Made by a program: the position numbers and the translations under genes. A stretch of DNA of 62,251 nucleotides, filler included. It is 6 parts of 6 records of this genome, joined end to end, with 100 filler letters (N's around TTAATTAATTAA, not from the genome) between each part and the next. Parts side by side here need not be neighbours in the genome. Positions count along the whole stretch, not along the records: positions 1 to 13,402 come from SRR31156797_21009; 5 more parts are not named here. The stretch is one strand, 5' to 3'. A model generated the notes under the pieces. That model was not told the origin of the DNA. It searched no databases and saw only the letters and a list, made by a program, of their open reading frames with translations. Positions 1 through 7,610 of this stretch are shown one piece after another (the stretch's first letter is position 1; every line of letters starts with the position of its first letter).

Positions 1-1
1 G

Positions 2-295
2 GAGCTCCAGAACGCGGTCCAGTTCGCCATTGTCCGGTGCAAATCCAACGAGATAATGCCCATGGATCTGCCCATGGAGCTCAGGTCGGTGTTGAAAAAT
101 AACCGGGTGCCCCATTTGCCCGGCGCAAGGAGCAACCCGGGCAAGCTTGGCCTGGAAGCCGTGAAGCTGGCCCTGGAACGAACCGGGGGCAACAAGGCAA
201 AGGCGGCACGGGAGCTTAGGGTCGGAAGGGCCACCCTTTACAGGTTCCTAGAAAAAAATCCCAGGGCGGCGGAGTTCGCGGCCTCCTTCCAATAA
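2..295 (+). CDS. sigma54-dependent Fis-family transcriptional regulator, C-terminal part (5' truncated)
   Basis: Frame is open from base 2 (ELQNAVQFAIVRC, end of a bEBP AAA+ domain) and ends in a Fis HTH: ALERTGGNKAKAARELRVGRATLYRFL. Confidence 0.85.
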   Translation, partial: ELQNAVQFAIVRCKSNEIMPMDLPMELRSVLKNNRVPHLPGARSNPGKLGLEAVKLALERTGGNKAKAARELRVGRATLYRFLEKNPRAAEFAASFQ

Positions 296-326
296 GAACA
301 AATGGTATTAAAAAAGGAGAGTATTC

Positions 327-521
327 ATGAAAGTCATTATCACAGACCAGTGTATGGGCGACAGAAATTGCAGCACCCTTTGTTCCGAGGTGTTTGAGTA
401 TGATGAGGATCAGCTTCGTGCCACTGTGAAATTTGAGGAAATTCCCGCCCATCTGGAGGATGTTGTCCGCAGGGCCGTAAGAGAGTGCGGTGCGGATGCC
501 ATCGAGATCATCGAAGAGTAG
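327..521 (+). CDS. single-cluster ferredoxin ([3Fe-4S]/[4Fe-4S], CxxDxxC type)
   Basis: 64 aa with CMGDRNCSTLCSEVF and a distal CGADAI; RBS AGGAGA upstream. Confidence 0.9.
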   Translation: MKVIITDQCMGDRNCSTLCSEVFEYDEDQLRATVKFEEIPAHLEDVVRRAVRECGADAIEIIEE

Positions 522-535
522 ATGGGAGAATGCCC

Positions 536-1111
536 ATGGTTAAATTTCGGGAAAGCAAGACTGCAAGGAATCTACTCATCGCCTATTCCGCAGAGACCCA
601 GGCCCGGACCCGGTATAATTTTTTTGCCAGCCGGGCCCGGTATGACGGGTACATTCAGATCGCCCGATTATTTGACGAAACCGCAGAACAGGAGTGTGAA
701 CATGCCCTGCGGTTTTTCAAGTTTTTTAACGGCGGAGAGCTTGAGATCACCTGGACATTTCCGGCCGGGGTCATCGAGGAAACCCGTGAAAATCTGCTGT
801 CCGCAGCGGATCTGGAACGGTTTGTCCATACCAGCATGTACCCGGGCTTTGCGAAAATCGCCCTGGAAGAGGGGTATCAGCGGGCCGCCGATACCCTGAA
901 CGCCATCAGCGTGGCCGAGCGCCAGCATGAAAAGCTTTTTCGCGGGCTGGCCGCAAATATTGCCCGGGAGCAAACGTTCCATAGGGATGAAGAAAAGGTG
1001 TGGCGGTGCATCAGCTGCGGTTACCTTCACAAGGGGGAGGGGGCTCCGGATAAATGTCCGGCCTGCGTGAAGCCCTTTGGTTTTTTTGAGCTGCATTGCG
1101 AGAACTGGTAA
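536..1111 (+). CDS. rbr: rubrerythrin
   Basis: Four-helix diiron motifs (AETQARTRY, QECEHA, AERQHE) plus a C-terminal rubredoxin-like CISC...CPAC domain. Start placed at ATG 536 after GGAGA; ATG 530 is also possible. Confidence 0.92.
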   Translation: MVKFRESKTARNLLIAYSAETQARTRYNFFASRARYDGYIQIARLFDETAEQECEHALRFFKFFNGGELEITWTFPAGVIEETRENLLSAADLERFVHTSMYPGFAKIALEEGYQRAADTLNAISVAERQHEKLFRGLAANIAREQTFHRDEEKVWRCISCGYLHKGEGAPDKCPACVKPFGFFELHCENW

Positions 1112-1112
1112 T
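1062..1112 (+). repeat. 51-bp direct repeat, copy 1 (3' end of rbr)
   Basis: cctgcgtgaagccctttggtttttttgagctgcattgcgagaactggtaat matches 2171-2221 at 48/51. Confidence 0.95.
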
Positions 1113-1337
1113 GGTTGACAGCCCCATCAGCCCGCATTTGTTACGGAAAATCAAGTAGTACATTTTTTAATGCTTTTTTCACCATTCCCCTATGGTTTCT
1201 TTTTTGACGAATGACAACGTACCGGCCATTTCCCCCAACCGGGAATTGTTGACTATCCTGTTTAGTCTGTGCTAATACCCCATCTTTTTGAAGATGCTGT
1301 TAATATGAAGGAAGTTGAATCGCTGTAAGGGTGGGGG

Positions 1338-2159
1338 ATGTTCATGCATAGAGAAAAATTAGCTGTTCTGTTGGTTGTCCTGTTGTCGTTTTTTACCGAT
1401 CCTGCCTATTGCGGGGAGAATCCGTTGTTTCCGACCAGCGAATTCAAGTTGGGTTATGAAGGCATGTACATGTACTATGATGAACCGGACGTTATGCATG
1501 AAAAAGGCGGTATCCACGGTGGGTTCGGATCATGGACAGGCTATTTCACCAAGCATTTGCTGATGGTGAATGTTGAAGCTGAAGGCGTTGCCGGCTCCTT
1601 GCGCTATGAGGGCAAGTACAGCGACGGCACCACTTTGGAATGCGACACCGATGATCATTTTGTGAGTGCATGTGCAACCGTTGGTATGGGGTTTGAGCTC
1701 GGTGGCATAGGCGTTACACCCTATACGGGAATCGCCGGACGATATTGGTACGACAAGATCAAAGCAACCGGTGGATATGAACGCAGAATTAAACAATATT
1801 ACCTTCCACTCGGGGTAAAAATTATTTCCCGCAAGGGGGATAAGTGGTCAATGGGCGGCATCCTTGAAGGAGACCTGTTACTTGGCGGCCAGGTGAAAAG
1901 TAAACTTTCCCAGGCCGGTTCCGAGTATGGCGATGCCAAAAATGACCAGGAATTCATGAAAGGCTTTGGCGGACGCGTTTCGGTTTTTATGGAATATGAT
2001 TGCGGCACCTACGCCCTTGGTCTGGAACCATATTTCCGCTACTGGCAGTTTGACGATTCAGAAAAGGATTTTATTCTCTATGGAGATTCCAACCATAATG
2101 TGATCGAGCCTGAAAATAAATTCTATATGTCTGGAATCAGGATGTATGTGACGTTTTAG
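1338..2159 (+). CDS. outer-membrane beta-barrel protein (autotransporter-barrel-like)
   Basis: N-terminal signal peptide, Gly/Tyr/Trp-rich amphipathic strands, C-terminal aromatic signature GIRMYVTF. Confidence 0.75.
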   Translation: MFMHREKLAVLLVVLLSFFTDPAYCGENPLFPTSEFKLGYEGMYMYYDEPDVMHEKGGIHGGFGSWTGYFTKHLLMVNVEAEGVAGSLRYEGKYSDGTTLECDTDDHFVSACATVGMGFELGGIGVTPYTGIAGRYWYDKIKATGGYERRIKQYYLPLGVKIISRKGDKWSMGGILEGDLLLGGQVKSKLSQAGSEYGDAKNDQEFMKGFGGRVSVFMEYDCGTYALGLEPYFRYWQFDDSEKDFILYGDSNHNVIEPENKFYMSGIRMYVTF

Positions 2160-2170
2160 TGTCAGTCAGC

Positions 2171-2221
2171 CCTGCCTGAAGCCCTTTGGTATTTTTGAGC
2201 TGCATTGCGAAAACTGGTAAT
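2171..2221 (+). repeat. 51-bp direct repeat, copy 2 (orphan duplicate of the rbr 3' end)
   Basis: cctgcctgaagccctttggtatttttgagctgcattgcgaaaactggtaat still encodes ...LKPFGIFELHCENW-stop. Confidence 0.95.
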
Positions 2222-2247
2222 TGCCGCCAGACCTTCGGGGAAACATG

Positions 2248-2274
2248 GGATGCCGGGTGAATGACCGGGCATCC
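2248..2274. terminator. possible terminator hairpin between convergent genes
   Basis: ggatgcc-g-ggt...acc-g-ggcatcc inverted repeat; no clear U-tract. Confidence 0.35.
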
Positions 2275-2304
2275 GGTCGTCGGGAACGCAAAACAGTCCC
2301 ATTT

Positions 2305-2649
2305 TTATTGAAGTTCGGTTTTTGAATCTTCAGGCGTTTGGGCTCGGTCCGATTCGGTGTAGTCCCTGACAACTTCTGCCACACGGATCCTGTATGACTC
2401 GAAAAGGGCGTCCCTGCCACTCTTCTGGGCGGAGCGATGCTCCATGACCCTGCGCCATTTTTCCACGGATTCCTCGTCCTCCCAGAAGGAAAGGCTCAGC
2501 AGTTTTCCTTCTTCGGAAAAGCTTTGGAACCGTTCAATGGAGATGAATCCTTCCCTGTTTTCCAGAAACCGGCGTAATTGGGATGCTATTTTGAGATATT
2601 CTTCTTTTCCTTCACGGGTTGGCTTGACTTCGAAAATGACTGCAAACAT
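2305..2649 (-). CDS. antibiotic biosynthesis monooxygenase (ABM) family protein
   Basis: MFAVIFEV...GFISIERFQS...LSLSFWEDEESVEKWR...HRSAQ..GR pattern. Confidence 0.85.
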   Translation of the reverse strand: MFAVIFEVKPTREGKEEYLKIASQLRRFLENREGFISIERFQSFSEEGKLLSLSFWEDEESVEKWRRVMEHRSAQKSGRDALFESYRIRVAEVVRDYTESDRAQTPEDSKTELQ

Positions 2650-2674
2650 ATTTGATCCTTTTTCTGGTTTTTAT

Positions 2675-3163
2675 TTATTGGTCCGTGGAACCAGCTTGCT
2701 CCAACCGGATGAGTTTTTCTTTGATGGCAACGCCATGGGCGAAGCCGGTGAGTTTGCCGTTTGCACCGATCACCCTGTGACACGGCACGATCAATGGGAT
2801 GGGGTTCTTGCTGTTGGCCATGCCCACGGCCCGTGCGGCGTTTTCATTCCCGATGGCCTTTGCGATATCCTTATAAGTACATAAGGTACCATGGGCAATG
2901 TTCGTCAATTCCCGCCACACTTTCTTTTGAAAATCGGTGCCCTTGGGGTTGAGGCGTACATTGAATTTTGTCCGTTTCCCGGTGAAATATTCGTTTATCT
3001 GGTTGATGGTATCCGTAAAAAACGCATGGTTGAGGATCCACTTTTCGGATATCTCAAAACATCGTTTCCCTTCCCCGGTGTTCAGGTGCAGATGGGAAAG
3101 CCCTTTGTCGTCTCCCACCAGGATAATTTCGCAAAACCGGGTTTCAAATCGGGTATAGTACAT
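2675..3163 (-). CDS. ogt: methylated-DNA--protein-cysteine S-methyltransferase
   Basis: GTDFQKKVW, ARAVG and active-site PCHRV motifs. Confidence 0.95.
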   Translation of the reverse strand: MYYTRFETRFCEIILVGDDKGLSHLHLNTGEGKRCFEISEKWILNHAFFTDTINQINEYFTGKRTKFNVRLNPKGTDFQKKVWRELTNIAHGTLCTYKDIAKAIGNENAARAVGMANSKNPIPLIVPCHRVIGANGKLTGFAHGVAIKEKLIRLEQAGSTDQ

Positions 3164-3168
3164 CTTGT

Positions 3169-4620
3169 TTATTCCTTACCGCTTTCCGCATTCCACAGGC
3201 ATAAGGTTGCATAGGATCTGTACGGGCGCCATTTTTCGGCCATTTTTATTATCTCTTTTCCGGACGGCGTTTTATCCCCTTTGGTAAGGGCTTTGATCAC
3301 GCCTAAATCGGTGGCCGGAAAGCTGTCTATCATGCCAAGGCCCCGCATGGCGACATAGTTGACGGTCCATTCTCCGATTCCTTTCGGGTTCGAGAATGCT
3401 TTGAAAAACGTAGCAAACGGCTGATTGGCCGTTAGATGAACATCCTTGGCAAGGATGGCCCTGGCCGCTGTTTGAATGGTTGCCTGCCGTGTCCGGGTCA
3501 ACCCCAGTTCTTCGAGATCGAGTGTCAGCAGTTCCGACGGGGTTGGGAAGAAATAGTCCAGGCCCTTGGGAAAGTTGTCCCCGGTTTTTATCGCCGCGTG
3601 CCTGGCAACCCTGGCTGCCACGGTGGTGGCTGCTTTTACGGAAATCTGCTGTCCGATGATCGCTCTTATAACAAACTCAAAGGGATCAAAGGCAACGGGC
3701 AGTCTTGGTACATGGCCTTTAACCATTCCTTTTGCCAGGTGCTTATCCCTGGCGAATTTGTCATTGATCACCGTAAAATCGGTATCAAGGTCAAACATTC
3801 TGCGAACCCTGTTATGGATCTCCATATAGCATTTTATGTCGTCACAGCCGATTCGTAATTCCAATGCGGACTGTTCCGGGTTGTCCCTGACAATAAAGAA
3901 TCCTTTTGTACTGTCTGTCCTGAAGGTCCTGGCATAGCTTTCCTCCGTTATAACTTCTATCCCCTCCATTGCCCTTTGCTCCATGAAGGAGAGTGTCTGG
4001 CGGAAATTGAACGGTTTTTTGTATTTGAGTAAAAGCGTGGTGTTGTCCGGGGGACCCGTTTGCGTTATTGCTTCTTCCCTTACCATTGTGGGTGTTTTGC
4101 CGAATATGGTTTTAAAAACCTCGTTAAATTGCCGGATCGACCCAAATCCCGATGCAAACGCGATATCCGTGATGGATTGATCCGAATACAAAAGCAGCTT
4201 CTTGGCAAACAGGGACTTGTGATACCTTGCGATCTTGATGGGCGGAACGCCCAGATGATCAACAAAGAGCTTTCTCAAATGTCTGTCCGACAGATGCAGC
4301 TCTTCCGCAAGGTCCTGGAGGGTGTGGTAGTTCAAATAGCCGTCATAGATCTTTTTAAGGGCGTTGTTCACGGTGGCGGCGCCATTGATATTGCCATTGT
4401 AATACTCGACTTCCACATCCGGCCTGCACCGGTAACAGGGCCTGAACCCCTTTTCAATCGCCTCGAATATGGTGTTGAAATAGGTGACATTCTCCTCCCT
4501 GGCAACAGGAGACGGACAAGAGGGTCTGCAGAAAATGCCGGTTGTTTTTACGCCAAACAGGAACTTACCGTCGAAGTTTTTATCCTTTCTTATTCTGGCG
4601 CTGCTGAATTCTTTGTTCAT
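3169..4620 (-). CDS. alkA: Ada-AlkA fusion (Ada Zn domain + AraC HTH + 3-methyladenine DNA glycosylase II)
   Basis: TTGIFCRPSC and RPCYRC Ada Zn motifs, AraC motif SITDIAFASGFGS, QQISV, HhH motif KGIGEWT, FPATD, WRPYRSYA. Confidence 0.93.
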   Translation of the reverse strand: MNKEFSSARIRKDKNFDGKFLFGVKTTGIFCRPSCPSPVAREENVTYFNTIFEAIEKGFRPCYRCRPDVEVEYYNGNINGAATVNNALKKIYDGYLNYHTLQDLAEELHLSDRHLRKLFVDHLGVPPIKIARYHKSLFAKKLLLYSDQSITDIAFASGFGSIRQFNEVFKTIFGKTPTMVREEAITQTGPPDNTTLLLKYKKPFNFRQTLSFMEQRAMEGIEVITEESYARTFRTDSTKGFFIVRDNPEQSALELRIGCDDIKCYMEIHNRVRRMFDLDTDFTVINDKFARDKHLAKGMVKGHVPRLPVAFDPFEFVIRAIIGQQISVKAATTVAARVARHAAIKTGDNFPKGLDYFFPTPSELLTLDLEELGLTRTRQATIQTAARAILAKDVHLTANQPFATFFKAFSNPKGIGEWTVNYVAMRGLGMIDSFPATDLGVIKALTKGDKTPSGKEIIKMAEKWRPYRSYATLCLWNAESGKE

Positions 4621-4748
4621 TTGGGAATTACCTGGTTGTCATCGGTTTTGTTTTAATCCTTTGTGCATGAAATATCGTTTTTCCAGGCGGTCTGGCAAGC
4701 GATTTTCGGATATGGCATTCATTGCCAGGAACGTTTTTTCAAAAAAGG

Positions 4749-4777
4749 TTGCATCTTGAGACGACTGGTCATATTAT
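4749..4777 (+). promoter_or_regulatory. sigma70 promoter of the TetR gene, with the operator in its spacer
   Basis: TTGCAT (4749-4754), 17 nt, TATTAT (4772-4777); the spacer carries ttgagacgactggtcatat. Confidence 0.7.
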
Positions 4778-4783
4778 GTGGCC

Positions 4784-5371
4784 ATGGAATCGAAAACAGA
4801 CAAAAAAAAACGGATGATCGCGGTGGGGCTCGAGATCATGTACCTGAAAGGATACAACGCCACCGGAATCCAGGAGATCGTTGACAAGGCAGGGGTGCCC
4901 AAGGGTTCCTTTTACAACTATTTCAAGAACAAGGAACAGTTTGCCGTGGAGATCCTCGACCATTATACCGGGGAGGTGCAGGCACGCCAGGAGACGCTTT
5001 TTTTCGATGCCTCCGTCCCTCCCCTTGCCAGGATTGAAAACTTTTACAAGGGGGTGGTGGACGAGTTTCTCCAGGAGGGGGCCTTCTGCCTTGGCTGCTT
5101 TGCCGCCAATCTGAGCCAGGAGATGGGGGATACCAGCGAAGCCATCCGCAGGGCTGCAGAAGCCTCCATCGCAAGGATGACAGGACCCGTGGAAGCGTGT
5201 CTCGTGGAAGCCCGGGACCGGGGCGATATCTCCATTGTTTATGACGCGTCCATCCTTGCGGCCTACATTCAGAACAGCTGGCTCGGCGCCCTCATGCGCA
5301 TGAAGGCGTCAAAGAGCGGGGAGTCCCTGAAGATTTTTCTCGAGGTGCTGGGCAAGGTGATTCTCAGGTAA
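4784..5371 (+). CDS. TetR/AcrR-family repressor, NemR-like
   Basis: HTH KGYNATGIQEIVDKAGVPKGSFYNYFKNKE and C-terminal FCLGCFAANLSQEM. ATG 4784 lies 7 nt after the -10 box with no RBS. Confidence 0.9.
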   Translation: MESKTDKKKRMIAVGLEIMYLKGYNATGIQEIVDKAGVPKGSFYNYFKNKEQFAVEILDHYTGEVQARQETLFFDASVPPLARIENFYKGVVDEFLQEGAFCLGCFAANLSQEMGDTSEAIRRAAEASIARMTGPVEACLVEARDRGDISIVYDASILAAYIQNSWLGALMRMKASKSGESLKIFLEVLGKVILR

Positions 5372-5386
5372 TTTTTTTAACAAAAT

Positions 5387-5405
5387 TTGAGACGACTGGT
5401 CATAT
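5387..5405. promoter_or_regulatory. second exact copy of the putative TetR operator
   Basis: ttgagacgactggtcatat is identical to 4756-4774; imperfect palindromic core GAC-N5-GTC. Confidence 0.8.
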
Positions 5406-5461
5406 CAAGAAGGTGGACCTTGGGACCGGGTGTTTTTTCCGGATAATTTAAGGAGGGAAGT

Positions 5462-5629
5462 ATGAAGACAGGATTGATGATATTGGTGTTCGTGGGCGTC
5501 TGGGTATTGCTCCAGGCATACATACTGCCAAAACTTGGCATCAGTACATGAATGAGGGATGCCTGCCAGGTGGCGGGCAAGGATGACAAAAAAAAGGCGG
5601 AGCCTTTCCCCATGGACAAGGGAGAGTGA
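5462..5629 (+). CDS. putative small membrane-anchored selenoprotein (55 aa, U-x4-C)
   Basis: RBS AGGAGG; MKTGLMILVFVGVWVLLQAYILPKLGIST-U(TGA 5549-5551)-MRDACQVAGKDDKKKAEPFPMDKGE; SECIS-like hairpin just downstream of the TGA. Confidence 0.7.
5560..5579 (+). promoter_or_regulatory. putative bacterial SECIS hairpin
   Basis: tgcctgcc-AGGT-ggcgggca forms an 8-bp stem (one G-U); the loop starts 16 nt after the TGA and contains GU. Confidence 0.65.
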
Positions 5630-5642
5630 AAACCGCAGTGTG

Positions 5643-5669
5643 AAGGGGCTTCCCAAAGAAGCCCCTTTC
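5643..5669. terminator. intrinsic terminator hairpin
   Basis: aaggggcttc-ccaaa-gaagcccctt, a perfect 10-bp stem 13 nt after the second TGA of the small ORF; convergent with nifS. Confidence 0.75.
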
Positions 5670-5725
5670 TGTCAGATCGGTCCTTGAACTCCTGTAAGCC
5701 GTTCATGGTCACAGGAGTCAAGGTT

Positions 5726-5788
5726 TATGGTTTCTTGCATATGAATAGAACCCATTCGGGGCATCAATTCGAGTGCAAAACTTCTATA
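5726..5788. repeat. short imperfect palindromic element (TAT..CTATA ends), copy 1
   Basis: Left arm tatggtttcttgcatatgaatagaacccatt matches 23037-23067 at 26/31; the right arm is a degenerate inverted copy. Confidence 0.6.
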
Positions 5789-5794
5789 GCGTGG

Positions 5795-6958
5795 TTACTC
5801 CTCCTGCTTCCAGAAGGGTGACATGTCCCTGAGCCGCTGGATGATCCCGGGCAGGGTGGCCACGATATGGTCCATCTCCTCCTGGGTGTTGTAGCAGGAG
5901 AGGGAGAAGCGAATGGTGCCGTGGGCCGATTCAAAGGGCACCTTCATGGCCATGAGCACATGGGAGGGATCCAAGGATCCCGAGGTACAGGCGGAACCCG
6001 AGGAGGCGCAGATGCCGGCCTCGTCCATGAGGAGCAGGATGGATTCGCCTTCCACCGCAGTGAAGCCGATGTTCAGGGTGTTGGGCAGCCTGTTCTCCCG
6101 GTCGCCGTTCACCGTTGCCGCTGGAATCAGTTCAACCAGCCGGGTTTCCAGATAATCCCTCAGCCCCCTGATACGGGTGTCCATCTCCTTGAGGTGCGCC
6201 TGTGCCAGCTCGCACGCTTTGCCGAGGCCGATGATGGCGGTGGTGTTCTCCGTGCCTCCCCGCCTCCCTTTTTCCTGGTGGCCGCCGTCCAGGAACGATG
6301 CGAACTTCAGCCCTTTTTGGACGTAGAGGGCGGCAACGCCCTTGGGCGCATGAATTTTGTGCCCGGAGAGGGAGAGCATGTTCACCCCGGCATCCTTCAC
6401 GTCAATGGGGATCTTGCCCACGGCCTGGACCGCGTCCGTATGAAAGAGGATTCCCTTTTCCTGTGCCCGCCGGGCGATTTCCTTGATGGGGAAAATCACA
6501 CCGGTCTCGTTGTTGGCCCACATGAGGGAAATCAGGGCGGTATCGTCCGTCATGCTCTCATAAAGCAGGTCCATGTCAAGGCGGCCTTTGCCGTCAACAG
6601 GGAGAAAGGTCACCCGGTAGCCCTTTTTCTCAAGCCCCTCAAGGGGGTTCTTGATGGCCGGGTGCTCCACCCCCGAGGTGATGATGTGCCGTTTATCCGG
6701 GTTGGCGGCAAGGGCGGCATGGATGGCCGCATTGTCACTCTCCGTGCCGCAGCTTGTAAACACGATCTCGTCGGGCTCGGCATTGATCAGCGCCGCCACC
6801 TGTTCCCTGGCGCGGGTGATGGCCCTGCCCACGTTGCCTCCGAATGAGTGCATGCTCGAGGGGTTGCCATAGAGTTCGCTGAAATAGGGGAGCATTTCTT
6901 CAAGCACTTCGGGTGCAACCCTGGTGGTGGCATTGTTATCGGTATAAACGATTTTCAT
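5795..6958 (-). CDS. nifS: cysteine desulfurase NifS
   Basis: DNNATT, YGNPSS, PLP lysine in SGHKIHAPKG, catalytic SSGSACTS. Confidence 0.95.
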   Translation of the reverse strand: MKIVYTDNNATTRVAPEVLEEMLPYFSELYGNPSSMHSFGGNVGRAITRAREQVAALINAEPDEIVFTSCGTESDNAAIHAALAANPDKRHIITSGVEHPAIKNPLEGLEKKGYRVTFLPVDGKGRLDMDLLYESMTDDTALISLMWANNETGVIFPIKEIARRAQEKGILFHTDAVQAVGKIPIDVKDAGVNMLSLSGHKIHAPKGVAALYVQKGLKFASFLDGGHQEKGRRGGTENTTAIIGLGKACELAQAHLKEMDTRIRGLRDYLETRLVELIPAATVNGDRENRLPNTLNIGFTAVEGESILLLMDEAGICASSGSACTSGSLDPSHVLMAMKVPFESAHGTIRFSLSCYNTQEEMDHIVATLPGIIQRLRDMSPFWKQEE

Positions 6959-6977
6959 ATGGGTTCCCTTTCTTAAA

Positions 6978-7541
6978 TCAGGCTTGTGTTTTAACAGACT
7001 CCACTATTTCTTCGATTTTGTCAATGCAGCTTCCGCACCCGCCGCCGGCCTTGAGGTAGTTGGTGACATCCTCCACCGAATCCAGGTGGTTCCGTTTGAC
7101 GGCATCGATGATCTCAAGGTCGGTGATATCAAAGCATTCGCACACCATTGTGCCGGGTTTCTCCAGGATCTGGATCCCCCTGAAGTTGTTGATCGCGTTT
7201 TTCAGGGCATTCTGACCCATGACCGAACAGTGCATCTTTGCCTTGGGAAGTCCGCCCAGGAAGTCTGCGATATCGTCATTGGTGACCTTAGCCGCCTCGT
7301 CCAGGGTCATTCCCTTGATGATCTCGGTCAGGGCCGAGGAGGAGGCAACGGCGCTGGCGCAGCCGAATGTCATGAATGTCGCGTCCGTGATCCTGTCGTT
7401 GTCGTTGACCTTCAGAAACAGCTTCAGGGCATCGCCGCAGGCCAGGGAGCCGGTTTCGCCAACGGCACTGGCGTCATCCATCTGTCCGACATTCCTGGGA
7501 TTCAAAAAATGATCTTTTACTTTATCTGTATATTCCCACAT
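6978..7541 (-). CDS. nifU: Fe-S scaffold NifU, two-domain form
   Basis: MWEYTDKVKDHFLNPRN, IscU-domain Cys in ACGD/FGC/MHC, BFD-like CECF...GGGCGSC; no C-terminal Nfu domain. Confidence 0.9.
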   Translation of the reverse strand: MWEYTDKVKDHFLNPRNVGQMDDASAVGETGSLACGDALKLFLKVNDNDRITDATFMTFGCASAVASSSALTEIIKGMTLDEAAKVTNDDIADFLGGLPKAKMHCSVMGQNALKNAINNFRGIQILEKPGTMVCECFDITDLEIIDAVKRNHLDSVEDVTNYLKAGGGCGSCIDKIEEIVESVKTQA

Positions 7542-7610
7542 GGTTATTCTCCTTGTATGTCAAGTCCCGCATCCATCCACGTTCTCGTTGATTGATAGCT
7601 TAACTGGAAG

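Noticed and set aside
2166-2420. 84-aa minus-strand ORF covering the rbr repeat
   Set aside because: Overlaps the ABM gene out of frame and has no recognisable features.
5405-5721. Minus-strand ORFs 5377-5721 and 5405-5656
   Set aside because: No motifs; the RBS, operator, SECIS and terminator all support the plus-strand small gene instead.
6959-6980. TGA stop of the short nifU as possible selenocysteine readthrough
   Set aside because: nifS starts 19 nt later in another frame, no SECIS-like hairpin follows, and no Nfu domain is encoded.
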